From Candidatus Multivorans sp. (GTDB lineage: Bacteria; Acidobacteriota; Thermoanaerobaculia; Multivoradales; Multivoraceae): a DNA stretch of 64,000 nucleotides. The notes beneath the pieces were generated by a model. The model did no database searches. It was not told the origin of the DNA and saw nothing but the letters and a program-made list of their open reading frames with translations. Numbering within the stretch: the stretch's first letter is position 1; every line of letters starts with the position of its first letter. The stretch is from NCBI GenBank assembly GCA_965224025.1, contig OZ245033.1, forward strand, positions 576,001 to 640,000, in the 5' to 3' direction. A program made the translations under genes and the position numbers. This document shows, piece by piece, positions 27,664 to 38,895 of this stretch.

Positions 27664-28383
27664 CTACTCCCGCCCGGATCGCGTCCCACGTCGACCAGCG
27701 ACAGGTCGGGTTCCGCAGGACGCGCACGTAGTAGAAGGCGCGCTGGTGATCAGGGTCGGCATCAGGACCCCGGCGGTGGCGTGGAGCACGACGGCCCGCT
27801 CGGTGACCACCGCGAGGTAGTCGAGCATGCCGATGCCTGCTTCGGCCAGATCAGCCGAGAACGTCTCGCCGCCGAGACCGCCCTGGACGCCGACCAGCAC
27901 CGGCGTCCCGGCGGCGCCGAAAGTGACGGACGTGGACTGGACCATCATGCCGAGCATCACCGCGGCGGCAGCCGGGAAGCCGAGCGCGACCAGAAACGGC
28001 ACCGTGACCGCCGCCGACGTCCCGAACCCGGCGGCCCCCTCGATGCAGGAGCCGAAGAGCCAGCAGACGATGACCACCTGGACCCGCCGGTCGTCGCTCA
28101 GCCCGTGAAACGAGCGCCTGATCGCGTCGACGCCGCCGGAGCGCTCCAGCGTGTGCAGGAGCAGGATCGCGCCGAAGATGATGAACAGCAGGTCGAAGGT
28201 CAGGAACAGGCCCTGGATCGACGCCCCGGCGATGCGGGCGATCGGCATCTCCCAGATCAGGAGCGCGACCAGAACGGCCGCGGCGTATGCCGCCGGCATG
28301 GCCCGCCGGGCCGGCACCCGGAAGCCGATCAGCAGGATCGCGCCCAGCGCGATCGGGAACAGGGTGAGCAGGGCTGTGGTCAA
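27664..28383 (-). pseudogene. L-lactate permease, C-terminally truncated
   Basis: IIFGAILLL, DRRVQVVIVCWLFGSCIEGAAGFGT, VTFGAAGTP; similarity ends near 27750, about 40% of the usual length. Confidence 0.8.
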
Positions 28384-28529
28384 AGGCCGAACCTCATCCG
28401 CATCGGCTCTCCTTCTCGAGTTGGGAAGTGTTCATGTTGGCCGCGCACTTGGGAGTGCGGACGTGTTGCCCACATCCGCCCGCAGCGAGGTCTTTTGGAG
28501 GTTGCGTAGAGAGTGGTAGCGACGGCACA

Positions 28530-28711
28530 CCGTATCTCTGGGTGCGCGGACCTTCTGGTCCGCTGCCGCCGAAGGCGGCCAGGAGAACGCGTCGGCCGGA
28601 GGCCGGCTCCACTATGGCGGGAGCGCCCGTTGGCAAGAACAGCTCGTGCGCGCCGCTTCGCGGCAGCGCACTTGATGCGGGCCAGAAGGCCCGCGCACCC
28701 AGAGATACGGC
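28530..28711. repeat. inverted doublet of REP/MITE-like repeats (REPIN-like)
   Basis: 28530-28610 (-) and 28651-28711 (+); core GCGG(A/G)CC-AGAA-GG(T/C)CCGC hairpin + GCACCCAGAGATACGG. Confidence 0.85.
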
Positions 28712-28802
28712 GTCGGTGCACCGTGTCGCTCTACGCAGTTGCTGGGTAGCGGCGAGCCCAAGGTCGACTCACGTATACCGTCGTCTAGTGTAGAGATCCA
28801 AC

Positions 28803-29813
28803 ATGCGAACGAACGCCCGATTGCTCTGTCGCACCGATGGTCTCGCTTGCTTCCTGACCGCCGCCCTCGCCCTCTCCGCTTCCACCCTCGTCGCCCAACA
28901 CCTCACCTGGCAGGAACTCCCGGACATGCCCGCCGGAAAGTGGGAAGCCGCGACCACCGTGATCGACGGCAAGTTCTACCTGTTCGCCGGCTACGAGGGC
29001 CCGGTCCGGTCGAGCAAGCGCGTCGACGTCTTCGATCCGGCGGACGGTAGCTGGACGCGGATCCAGGACATGCCGAGCGCCGTCACCCACCTGAACGCGG
29101 TCTTGGACGGCCGCACCGTGTGGTTCGCCGGCGGCTTCAAGGACGGCTACAAGGGCCACGCGATCGCAGAGGTCTGGAGCTACGACCTGGACCTGGACCG
29201 CTACGCGGCGGCGCCGTTGCTGCCCGAGCCGCGGGCCGGAGGCGGTCTGGCGCTCGTCGGCCGCAAGCTGCACTACTTCGGCGGTCTGAAGGCGGACCGG
29301 GAAACCGACGCCGGGGACCACTGGGTCCTCGACCTGGACGAGTGGGCTTCAGGCGCGGCGACCTGGCGGAGCGCGGCGCCGATGCCCGACCCGCGCAACC
29401 AGTTCTCGGCCGTCGCCGTCGGCAGCCGCATCTACGCGATCGGCGGCCAGTACAACCACGACAGCCAGCAGCTCGACCAGGCCCGGGTGGACATCTACGA
29501 CGCCGCCGCCGACTCCTGGAGCCGCGGCCCCGATCTGCCCAGGGGCCACTCCCACGGCGAGGCCGGCACCTTCGTCCACGAGGGCCGGATCGTCATGGTG
29601 GGCGGCCACACGACACCCGCCGGCGGCACGAAGTCGATCGACCCGGACATCCTGGTGCTGGAGCCCGGCGGCGACTGGGAACTCCTCGGCAAGCTGCCGA
29701 TGCCGCTGTCGTCTCCCGCAGCCACGATCATCGACGGCCGGCTCTACGCCGCCGGCGGCTCGGCCACGGGCCGCGGCGCGCAGGCAAAAATGTGGGTGGC
29801 TGATCTTCCTTGA
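28803..29813 (+). CDS. secreted Kelch-repeat protein
   Basis: Repeated K(F/I)Y..(A/G)G...YD....W...P.(M/L)P units; signal peptide. Confidence 0.88.
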   Translation: MRTNARLLCRTDGLACFLTAALALSASTLVAQHLTWQELPDMPAGKWEAATTVIDGKFYLFAGYEGPVRSSKRVDVFDPADGSWTRIQDMPSAVTHLNAVLDGRTVWFAGGFKDGYKGHAIAEVWSYDLDLDRYAAAPLLPEPRAGGGLALVGRKLHYFGGLKADRETDAGDHWVLDLDEWASGAATWRSAAPMPDPRNQFSAVAVGSRIYAIGGQYNHDSQQLDQARVDIYDAAADSWSRGPDLPRGHSHGEAGTFVHEGRIVMVGGHTTPAGGTKSIDPDILVLEPGGDWELLGKLPMPLSSPAATIIDGRLYAAGGSATGRGAQAKMWVADLP

Positions 29814-29823
29814 AGGGTGGTGC

Positions 29824-30225
29824 TTAGTGTGTTTCGAGCACCATCGACCCAACGCGCCCGATTTCTCGATAGTGGGCGTCGAAGGTCAGCACTGTCGCTC
29901 CGAACCGGACCGCGGTGGCGGCGATCCAGATGTCGTTCGTGGGTAGGGGACGACCCGCCGCTCGCAGTTCCGAGACGATCTCACCGTAGATGCGGGCGAC
30001 TTCCTCGTCGACGGCCAGGACTTGCACGACGGGCTGACGTAGAAACTCGGTGAGATCGCCGAGGTTCTGATCGAACCGGGTTCCGGCGCGAAACCCCGCG
30101 TGCAACTCGCCAACGACGATGCTCGGAACGCCTATCCAGCGCGCCCGGTCGATCTGCTCGATGACCCGCGTTTCGCCGCGGCGGAAGTTGCTGTAGGCCG
30201 AGGTGTCGACACAGAGCCCCGTCAC
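29824..30225 (-). CDS. vapC: VapC-family PIN toxin
   Basis: LCVDTSAYS, IVVGEL.AGF, GRPLPTNDIWIAA, LTFDAHY; GTG overlaps the antitoxin stop. Confidence 0.9.
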   Translation of the reverse strand: MTGLCVDTSAYSNFRRGETRVIEQIDRARWIGVPSIVVGELHAGFRAGTRFDQNLGDLTEFLRQPVVQVLAVDEEVARIYGEIVSELRAAGRPLPTNDIWIAATAVRFGATVLTFDAHYREIGRVGSMVLETH

Positions 30226-30473
30226 CTCCAGAGTTCCTCGTCGATCTCCCGGAAGGGCCGAACGGCTTCTTCGAACTCGCTGAACTCGTCCTCCGTCCAT
30301 GTACCGGCCAGGCGGCGGAGTCCGTTGCTCCGTTCCGCCTTCTCCGAGACTCCGAGCGCCTCCTGCATCAGGGCAAGTACGGTCCGGTTGAGAGAGAGGC
30401 CGCGCCTGCTCTTTTCCTCCTGAAGGGCCTCTGCGAGGTCCGGCGACACGTTGCGTATGGTCATCGTCTTCAT
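30222..30473 (-). CDS. FitA/VapB-like ribbon-helix-helix antitoxin
   Basis: MKTMTIRNV...A.RRGLSLNRTV...LAGTW. Confidence 0.82.
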   Translation of the reverse strand: MKTMTIRNVSPDLAEALQEEKSRRGLSLNRTVLALMQEALGVSEKAERSNGLRRLAGTWTEDEFSEFEEAVRPFREIDEELWR

Positions 30474-30490
30474 CGGGCTTGCTCCGGGTG

Positions 30491-30533
30491 CTTGCACTAG
30501 CAAGGAGTCTATGCAGTCGCCCTAGTGACTGCA
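30491..30533. promoter_or_regulatory. two palindromes upstream of the antitoxin (putative autoregulatory operators)
   Basis: CTTGC-ACTA-GCAAG (30491-30504) and TGCAGTCGC-CCTA-GTGACTGCA (30512-30533). Confidence 0.5.
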
Positions 30534-30683
30534 AGATGCCTCGTTGCAGTAGAGAGGCTTCGAAGCACTGCTGCGTCTCCCAGGGTGCGCGGGTGTCATC
30601 CATGCACCCGAGGACGCGCGCACGGACTGGTTCACGGGTGGCGCGGATCGCGCCACCCGGGCTCTGGCCTGCATCCGACGCGG

Positions 30684-33399
30684 CTACTCCGCTTCCAGTG
30701 CCCGACGGGGGTCGGCGCGGCCGGCCCGGCGGGCGGGAAGGAACGAGGCCATCACCGCGATCACCAGGAGCACGAGCGCCGCCACTGCGAACGCCAGCGG
30801 ATCGCGGGGAGTCCGGTCGTCAAAGAGCAGCGGCTCGATGAACTTGCCCGCCCAGAGCGCGGCGAGTGCACCGGCGACGACACCAGCCGCCGCCAGCGAG
30901 AAACCGCGCGTCAGCACCATGCGCAGAAGGTCGGACGCCTTGGCACCGAGCGCACGCCGGATGCCGAACTCCAACTCGCGTTGACGGACCCCGAACGCGA
31001 TGACGGCATAGAGCCCGATGGCGGAGAGCAGTACTGCCAGCACGGCGGAGGCGCCGAACAGACGCATTCCGATCCTCCACCTGTGGACCCGCGACGCGAA
31101 CTCGGCGGAGAGGCTTCGAACGCTGTCGCGCGGCAGATCCGGGAACAGCTCCGCGAGGACTCGGAGCGCCGGCTGAACCAGCGGCGTTGGGTCGCCCCGG
31201 GTCCGGACGAGCAGCGTTCTGAGTTCGCTCGTGAACCTCGCTGCCTGGGTATCCAACAGCACCTTCGATAGCGGCAGGTAGTAGACGGGATCCCGATCGC
31301 TGTCGAGCAGACCGAACTCGAGCGCGGCTTCCACGACGCCGACGACCGTGGTGCAGACGCTTTCTTCGCTGTCCAGGTAGAGGCATCGACCGAGGGCGCT
31401 CTCGGCGGGCCATACCCTGCCGGCGAATGTCGTGTTGACCACCGCAACCCGTTCGGTTCCCTCCCGGTCCCACTCGGTGAAGCCGCGGCCCTCTCGAATC
31501 TGCAGGCTCGCCACGCTGAAGAAGTTCGGCGAGACACCGTTCTCGTAGGGACTGAAGGCGAGCGGCAAGCTGTCGCGCCCCTCGACACGCAACCCGCCCG
31601 TTCCCGCCGCCATGAACAGCGGCGAATTCGTCCCCTGGGCTACATCGAGGACGCCAGGCAGCGTGCGGAGCCGCGCCTCCATCATGTCGACCGCGGGCTC
31701 GTTGAGCGGATCGTTGGACTCCGCCTCGTGCAGCATCACCGTGAGGAGATTCTCTCTTTCGTAGCCGATGTCCACTACGCGGGCGGCTTGAAAGGAGCGG
31801 TAGAAGATGGCCGCGCCGACAAGCAGGGCCAGGCAGAGCGCGGTCTGGGCGACGATCAAGCCGCTACGGACCGGCGAACCGAGCGCGGAAGCGCCGCGGC
31901 CGCCATCGAGCCGCTCGATCGCTCGACCCCGCGCCGCGTAGAGCGCCGGGACCAGCGCCGCGCCCAGTCCGATCACGAGCGCCGTGGCGGCGGTGAAGCC
32001 GATCGCCGCACCCTTGAGCGGATCGTCCGCCCACTGGTACTCGGGAAGGAGCGTCACCCGCAGGATCCGGCCCGCGACGGCGGCTATACCCAGCGCCGCG
32101 ACGCCCGAGGTCGCGACCAGCACGGTGCTCTCGGCAGTGAGCAGGCGTACGACTCCCCATCGGCCCGCGCCGAGCGCGAGCCGGACGGCGAGCTCGCGGC
32201 GACGAGCCGCGACCCGCAGCATCAGGAGATTCGACATGTTCACGATCGCCAGGAGGAGCACGACCAGCGTGACGCCTCCCCACGGCGAGGGGCAGTTGCA
32301 TCGATTCCTCCAAAGGGGAGGGGCCGCGGCTCTGCATCAGGGGGCCCAGTACCGCGGTCACGTCCGGGTCGTACCAGTCCGAAGGCCACGTTTCGGCGCG
32401 CTGCGCCCGAACTAGTGCGGTCGCCGCGTCTGCAGCGGCTTCCGGCGTGACGCCCGCTGCCGTCCGGACGAGCGGCGTAACTGGATAGCCGCTCCCTGGG
32501 TCGTCCCAACCGTCGCCTCGGTCGGCCCTGGCCGCGAGATGAAAAGGCAGCCAGACGTCCGGTGCGTTTGGATCGGGCCCTGAGAAGCCGCGCGGCAGGA
32601 CGCCGACGATCACGTAGGTGACCTCGTCGAGTTCGAGCGTGGTTCCGAGAGCGTCGGGGGAGCGACCGAACCGCCGGTGCCAGTAGCGGTCGCTGATCAC
32701 CGCGACCGGCGCCGCCCCGGGGACGTCGTCGCCGGGACCAAGCAGCGTTCCATGAGCGGGCTGAACACCGAGAAACCGGAAGAACTCACCGGTCGCCGAA
32801 GCAGCCTGGAGGCGCTCGGCGGTTTGGCCGGCGCCGTTGTGCAGGGGCCAGGGAGAGCTGCCGTAGCCGGCGACGGCCTCGAATTGGTCGGTAGCCGCGC
32901 GTAGCTCGGTGAACTCGTCCCAGTTCAACGTGTCGTCCGCAAAGACTGGCCCAGTGAACTGGCCCAGGTCATCCGGATACCGTTCGCGAATCCAGACTCG
33001 GTGAATCTCTTCGGGACGTTCGATGTGCGGCGGCTGGAGAAAGAGCCGCGACAACATCTCGTACATCGCCGCGTTGAGCCCGATTCCCAGCGCCAGCGTG
33101 AGGACCACCGTGCAGGTGTAGCCGGTGTTGCGCCGCATCATCTGGAATGCGGTACGGAAGTCCCGGAGCAAACGCTCTGCCGGTGCCCAGCCCCAGGTCT
33201 CCCGGGTCAGTTCGCGAATCAGCATGACGTTGCCGAAACGGCGCCTTGCCTGGGCGTGTGCCTGTTCAGGAGGAAACCCGACCTCGATCCGTTCTTCCGC
33301 CTCCTCGGCGAGGTGGAAGCGGATCTCCTCTTCGAGTTCGGCGTCTCGCTGCTGGCGGTCCCAGCTCGAACGCAGGCGAAATAGGAACTGCTTCAGCAT
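30684..33399 (-). CDS. ADOP/MacB-type duplicated ABC permease, copy 3 (frameshift at about 32280)
   Basis: ORFs 31864-33399 and 30684-32261 join if one base is removed from the C4 run at 32278-32281; ELEEEIRFHL, LTLALGIGLN, RELAVRLALGAG, EFGIRRALGA. Confidence 0.85.
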
Positions 33400-33413
33400 C
33401 GGGTTTGGCGGTG

Positions 33414-36146
33414 TTACTCCGCTTCCAGAGCCCGCCGGGGATCAGCGCGCGCGGCCCGGCGGGCCGGAAGGAAGGAGGCCATCACGGCGACGGCAAGGAG
33501 TACCAGCGCCGCGGCGCCGAACGCCAGCGGGTCGCGGGGAGTACGGCCGTCGAAGAGCAGCGGTTCGACGAAGCGACCCGCCCACAACGCGGCGAGCGTG
33601 CCGGCCGCGACACCGGTCGCCGCGAGGGAGACACCGCGCGTCAGTACGACGCGCAGGAGATTGGACGCCCTGGCGCCCAGGGCGCGACGGATGCCGAACT
33701 CGTGTTCGCGCTGTCGTACGCCGAAGGCGATGACGGCATAGAGCCCGATGGCTGCGAGCAACACGGCGAGCGTCGCGGAGGCGGCGAACAGGCGCGTGCC
33801 GGTTCTCCAGGCGCGAATGCGCGATGCGAACTGTGTGGAGAGGTTCCGGACGTGGTGTCCCGGCAGTTCAGGAAACAGTTCGGCCAGGGCGCCAAGCACC
33901 GGCGCCTCGACGCGCCCGGGGCTTGACGCGGTGCGGACGATCAGCGCACGCTGGATGCTCGTCCATCCCGACAGGGCCGGGTCGGATGACGCCTGGGCGA
34001 TGGGCAGGTAGTAGACCGGGTCAGTCTCAGGCAGAGCCCAATTCACTACGGGTTCCACCACGCCGACCACCGTCGTACAGTCGGCGTCGCTGCCGACGAA
34101 CAGACAACGGCCGACGGCGCTCCGACGAGGCCAGACCTGCTGGGCGAACGAGGTATTGACGACCGCGACCTTCTGCGTCCCTTCGCGGTCCCACTCCGTG
34201 AAGCCACGCCCTTCCCGAATGTCCAGACCGGCGACGTCAAAGAAGTTGGCCGTCGTGAGATTCACATGGGGGCCGGAGCGGAACGGCAGGCGGTCGAGCC
34301 CCTCGATGCGCAGGTCGCCGTACGCCGCACCACTTCCCGACATCGGTGAACTCGTACCCTGTGCAACATCAAGCACCTCCGGCACATCCCGTAGGCGGGC
34401 CTCCATGGCATGGACTGCGCTCTCGTCGAGCGGTGCGCCGTCCAGGCCATCCAGACGGGTGTCACCGTGAAAGCTCCCCAGTGTCACCGTGAGCAGGTGC
34501 TCCTTCGCGTAGCCGACGTCCACCTGGCGCGCCGCCTCGAATGAACGGAAGAACACGGCCGTTCCGCTGAGCAGGACGACCGACAGCGCGGCCTGGACCA
34601 CGATCAGGCCGGTGCGGACGGGCGTTCCGAGCGCGCGGGCGCCCCGCGAGCTGTCGAGCTTCTCGATTCCCCGGCTGCGCGCCGCGTACACGGCGGGAGC
34701 GAGGGCCGCCGTCAGGCCGATCCCAAGCACGGCGATTCCGGTGAAACCGATTGCCGTGACGCCCAGCGGATCTTCGGCCCACTGGTAGCTCGGCAGGAGC
34801 GTGCGCCGAAGGGCGTCGCCGGTGACCGCGGCAACTGCCAGCGCAACGACGCCGGAGAGGGCGGCGAGCACCAGGCTCTCCGTCACCAGGAGACGTCCGA
34901 TTCCCCATCGTCCCAGGCCTAGCGCGTAGCGCACCGCCAACTCGCGTCGCCTGGCAGCGACCCGCAGCATCAGCAGGTTCGACATGTTGACGGCCGCGAT
35001 GAGGAGCACCACGAAGGTGATGCCGCCTGCGATCAGCGGCAGGCGCATGTGGCGCCGCAGCGTGGTGGGGCCGCGGGTTCTAAGGATCGGGCCGAGAGCC
35101 ACGGTCGCCTCTTGGTCCAGGGAGTCCGAGAGCCGCGAGCCGGCACGCGCCGCCCGGACGGCGGCCGTCACCGCGGCGCTGGCGGCCTCCTCCGTCGCGC
35201 CGGGCGCCAGCCGGACGAATGGAGTGAGGTAGAAGGTGGTTCCGTACCGTCTCCAACTGTTCCCTCGGCTGGCCGTTGCCGCGTGTTCAAGAGGCAGCCA
35301 TACGTCGACTGCGTTGGAGCGGGGCCCGGAGAAGCCGGGCGGCAGCACGCCGACGACGAAGTAGGTGACGTCGTCGAAGCTGAGGGTGGTGCCGAGCGCT
35401 TCCTCCGCGCTGCCGAACCGCTGCCGCCGGTAGCCGTCGCTGATCACGGCGACGGGCTGCGCCGCCGGATCGTCGTCCTCGGCAGCGATCAACCTTCCGA
35501 CCGTCGGAGCCACGCCAAGGAAGTCGAGGAACTCGCCCGTGACCCAGGAGACCGTGAGGTTCTCGGCGCGTTGACCGCGTCCGTTCGTCCTGAACGAGAC
35601 TCTGTGGCCCGCGACGCCGTCGATCAGTGCGTTGTCGGCGCTCAGGGCGTTGAAGTCGAGCCACTGCATCGCATCGACTACCCAGGTGCGTCCGGTGGAG
35701 GCGCCCCGATCGTCTGGACCGATGCGCTCGCTGACCCAGAGGCGATGAACGCCGTCCGGGTCCTCGATGTGGGGTGGCGCTCGAACAAAGAGGCGGGACA
35801 GCATCTCGTACATCGGGGCGTTGAGCCCGATGCCGAGCGCCAGGGTGAGGACGACGGCGCAGGTGTAGCCGCTGTTGTGTCGCATCATCCGGAAGGCGGC
35901 GCGGATGTCCCGGAGGATTCGCTCCGCGGGCGCCCAGCCCCAGGTCTCGCGGGTCTGCTCGCGAATCAGCGTGACGTTGCCGAAGTTGCGTCGTGCTTCA
36001 ACATGGGCCCGTTCGGGAGGCACGCCGGTCTCGATCTGTTCCTCCGTTTCCTCGGCGAGATGGAAGCGGATCTCTTCTTCAAGCTCGGTGTCCCGCTGCT
36101 GGCGGTTCCAGCTCGAACGCAGGCGAAACAGGAACTGCTTCAGCAT
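33414..36146 (-). CDS. ADOP/MacB-type duplicated ABC permease, copy 2
   Basis: Permease prefix domain plus two MacB_PCD/FtsX units; ATG at 36146. Confidence 0.9.
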   Translation of the reverse strand: MLKQFLFRLRSSWNRQQRDTELEEEIRFHLAEETEEQIETGVPPERAHVEARRNFGNVTLIREQTRETWGWAPAERILRDIRAAFRMMRHNSGYTCAVVLTLALGIGLNAPMYEMLSRLFVRAPPHIEDPDGVHRLWVSERIGPDDRGASTGRTWVVDAMQWLDFNALSADNALIDGVAGHRVSFRTNGRGQRAENLTVSWVTGEFLDFLGVAPTVGRLIAAEDDDPAAQPVAVISDGYRRQRFGSAEEALGTTLSFDDVTYFVVGVLPPGFSGPRSNAVDVWLPLEHAATASRGNSWRRYGTTFYLTPFVRLAPGATEEAASAAVTAAVRAARAGSRLSDSLDQEATVALGPILRTRGPTTLRRHMRLPLIAGGITFVVLLIAAVNMSNLLMLRVAARRRELAVRYALGLGRWGIGRLLVTESLVLAALSGVVALAVAAVTGDALRRTLLPSYQWAEDPLGVTAIGFTGIAVLGIGLTAALAPAVYAARSRGIEKLDSSRGARALGTPVRTGLIVVQAALSVVLLSGTAVFFRSFEAARQVDVGYAKEHLLTVTLGSFHGDTRLDGLDGAPLDESAVHAMEARLRDVPEVLDVAQGTSSPMSGSGAAYGDLRIEGLDRLPFRSGPHVNLTTANFFDVAGLDIREGRGFTEWDREGTQKVAVVNTSFAQQVWPRRSAVGRCLFVGSDADCTTVVGVVEPVVNWALPETDPVYYLPIAQASSDPALSGWTSIQRALIVRTASSPGRVEAPVLGALAELFPELPGHHVRNLSTQFASRIRAWRTGTRLFAASATLAVLLAAIGLYAVIAFGVRQREHEFGIRRALGARASNLLRVVLTRGVSLAATGVAAGTLAALWAGRFVEPLLFDGRTPRDPLAFGAAALVLLAVAVMASFLPARRAARADPRRALEAE

Positions 36147-36160
36147 CCCGTGTGGCGGTG

Positions 36161-38878
36161 TTACTCGGCCTCCAGCGCTCGACGAGGGTCGGCGCGAGAG
36201 GCCCGGCGGGCGGGTAGCAACGAGGCCATCGCCGCGATGGTCAGGAGCACCAGCGCCGCGACGGCGAATGCGAGCGGGTCGCGGGGAGTCCTGCCGTCGA
36301 AGAGCAGCGGTTCGACGAACCTGCCGGCCCACAACGCGGCGAGCGTGCCGGCCACGACACCGGCCGCCGCCAGCCCGAAGCCTCGCGCGAGCACCATGCG
36401 CAGGAGGCGCGACGCCCTGGCGCCCAGGGCCCGACGGATGCCGAACTCGAGTTCACGCTGGCGTACGCCGAACGCGATGACCGCGTAGAGCCCGATGGCG
36501 GCGAGGAGCACCGCCAGCGCGGCGGAGGCGCCGAACAGACGCGTTCCGATGGTCCACGTACGGATGCGCGGCGCGAACACGGTCTGGAGGCTTCGGACGC
36601 TGTGGCGCGGCAGGTCGGGGAACAGATCCGCCAGGGCGAGGAGCGTTGGCTGCACTACTCGCCCGGGGTTCCCGCGAGTCCGCACGATCAACGTACGCAT
36701 GTTGTTGACGAAGCTGGCCTGAATGGTGTTCGACGAAGCCTGGGAGATAGGCAGGTAGTAGACCGCGGCGCGGTCGGCGTCCAACAGGCCTTTGTCGAGG
36801 GCGGATTCAACGACGCCGACTACCGTCGTGCAGTCGGTGGAGGCGTCGCCGAAAAAGAGGCACTGGCCCACGGCGCCTGTGCCAGGCCAGACGCCGCGAG
36901 CAAACGTCGTGTCTACGACCGCGACCCGCTGGGTCTCCGCGCGATCCCACTCCGTAAGACCACGACCTTCCAAGACCGCCAGGCCTGCTACGCGAAAGAA
37001 GTTGGGCGTCGTGAGGCTCACATAGGGGCCTTCGGTGAACGGCAGGCGATCCAGCCCTTCGACCCGCGGTGCCGGCATCGCTGCCATCGACCACATCGGT
37101 GAGTTCGTTCCCTGGGCGACCTCGAGGACTTCCGGCAGTGACTGGAGTCGAGTCTCCAATGCGTTGATGTTGGTCTCGTGAAGCGATCTCGGGGCGCGAA
37201 AGCCCGCCAGGTCCACCGTGATCAGATTCTCCTTCGCGTAGCCGACGTCCACATGGCGCGCTGCCTCGAATGAGCGGTAGAAGATGGCCGCGCCGCTGAG
37301 CAGGATCAGCGACAGTGCGGCTTGCACGACGATCAGACCGGTACGGATCGGCATGCCGAGTACCGGGGCGCCTCGCGAACTGTCGAGCTTCTCGATGCCG
37401 CGGCTCCGCACTGCATACACGGCGGGGGCCAGGGCCGCCCCGAGGCCGATGACGAGTACGGCGGCTGCGGTGAAGCCGATCGCTGTGCCGTCCAGCGGCT
37501 CTTGGGCCCACCCAAGGCCTGGCAAGAGCGTGACCCGCAGAGGGCGGCCGGCAAGCGCGGCCACGACCAGCGCAGCTACGCCGGAGAGCGCGGAGAGCAC
37601 GACGCTCTCGATAACCAGCAGGCGTCCCACGCCCCATCTTCCCGCGCCGAGTGCATTGCGAACGGCAAGCTCCCGTCGACGGGCCGCGACCCGCACCATC
37701 AGCAGGTTCGACATGTTGGCGGTCGCGATCAGGAGCACGACCAGGGCCGCGCCGCCCACGACCAGGGGCAGGTGCATCTGACCCGGCAACGCGCCGGGTC
37801 CGCGGTTCCGCAGTAGTGGACCCAGCATCACGGTTGGCTCGGGGTCCCGTGCCTCCGGCATCCGCGAAGTGGCTCGCGCCGCGCGTACAGCGGCGGTTGC
37901 CGCGGCGGCCGCCGGTTCAGCCCTCACTCCGGGCGCCAGGCGCGCCAATGCCGTCAGGGAGAATCCAGTGAGCGACTGCCTCCATGAGTCGCCGCGGATG
38001 GCGGTGGCCGCGACCTGGAGAGGCAACCAGATCTCGGCTGCGTTGGGGTCGGGGCCGGAGAAGCCGGGCGGCAGGACGCCGACGATGACGTACGTAACGT
38101 CGTTGAAGCTGAGTCTCGAGCCGAGGGCATCGGGTGAACGCTCGAAGCCTTGCCGCCAGTAGGCATCGCTGATCACCGCGGCCGGTGTCGCCGCCGAATC
38201 GTCGTCTTCGGGTTGCAGCAGCCTGCCCAGGGCAGGTTGAATCCCCAGGAGCGCGAAGAGCTCTCCGGTTACCGAGGAAACCTGCAAGTCCTCGGCGGTC
38301 TGGCCGCGGCCGTTTTGCATCCGTACGGGAGCCGTGTAGCCGGCGACAGCGCTGAACCGGTCGGGGTCATCGCGGAGCGAGCTGAACTCCGCCCAGTCCA
38401 TTCGGTCTCTGGTGGCAGAAGGGCCCGTGAAGACCCCCCGGTCAACCGCATCGTCCCTTTCCCGCACCCAGATGCGGTGAATCCCCTCCGGATCCTCGAT
38501 GTGTGGGGGCGCCTGGAGGAACAGCCGGGAAAGCAGATCGTACGTCGCGGCGTTCAGTCCGATGCCCAGTGCCAGGGTCAGGACCACGGCGCAGGTGTAG
38601 CCGGTGTTGCGTCGCATCGTCCGGAACGAGGAGCCGATGTCCTTGAGGAGGCGCTCCACGGGCGCCCAGCCCCAGGTCTCGCGGGTCCGCTCGCGAATCA
38701 GCGTGACGTTGCCGAAGTTGCGCCGTGCCTCGGCGTGGGCCCGTTCGGGAGGCACGCCAGTCTCGATCTGTTCTTCCGTTTCCTCGGCGAGATGGAAACG
38801 GATCTCCTCGTCTAGCTCGACATCCTTGCGTCGCCGGGACCAGATGGAGCGCAGTCGGTTGTAGAGCGGCCGCAGCAT
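36161..38878 (-). CDS. ADOP/MacB-type duplicated ABC permease, copy 1
   Basis: Same architecture; ATG at 38878 after GAGG. Confidence 0.9.
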   Translation of the reverse strand: MLRPLYNRLRSIWSRRRKDVELDEEIRFHLAEETEEQIETGVPPERAHAEARRNFGNVTLIRERTRETWGWAPVERLLKDIGSSFRTMRRNTGYTCAVVLTLALGIGLNAATYDLLSRLFLQAPPHIEDPEGIHRIWVRERDDAVDRGVFTGPSATRDRMDWAEFSSLRDDPDRFSAVAGYTAPVRMQNGRGQTAEDLQVSSVTGELFALLGIQPALGRLLQPEDDDSAATPAAVISDAYWRQGFERSPDALGSRLSFNDVTYVIVGVLPPGFSGPDPNAAEIWLPLQVAATAIRGDSWRQSLTGFSLTALARLAPGVRAEPAAAAATAAVRAARATSRMPEARDPEPTVMLGPLLRNRGPGALPGQMHLPLVVGGAALVVLLIATANMSNLLMVRVAARRRELAVRNALGAGRWGVGRLLVIESVVLSALSGVAALVVAALAGRPLRVTLLPGLGWAQEPLDGTAIGFTAAAVLVIGLGAALAPAVYAVRSRGIEKLDSSRGAPVLGMPIRTGLIVVQAALSLILLSGAAIFYRSFEAARHVDVGYAKENLITVDLAGFRAPRSLHETNINALETRLQSLPEVLEVAQGTNSPMWSMAAMPAPRVEGLDRLPFTEGPYVSLTTPNFFRVAGLAVLEGRGLTEWDRAETQRVAVVDTTFARGVWPGTGAVGQCLFFGDASTDCTTVVGVVESALDKGLLDADRAAVYYLPISQASSNTIQASFVNNMRTLIVRTRGNPGRVVQPTLLALADLFPDLPRHSVRSLQTVFAPRIRTWTIGTRLFGASAALAVLLAAIGLYAVIAFGVRQRELEFGIRRALGARASRLLRMVLARGFGLAAAGVVAGTLAALWAGRFVEPLLFDGRTPRDPLAFAVAALVLLTIAAMASLLPARRASRADPRRALEAE

Positions 38879-38895
38879 CGCCTCGGACTCCCGGC

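Noticed and set aside
30684-38878. Near-identical permease ends as DGR template/variable repeats
   Set aside because: Differences are not adenine-specific, all copies are coding, and no RT is present; ordinary paralogy explains them
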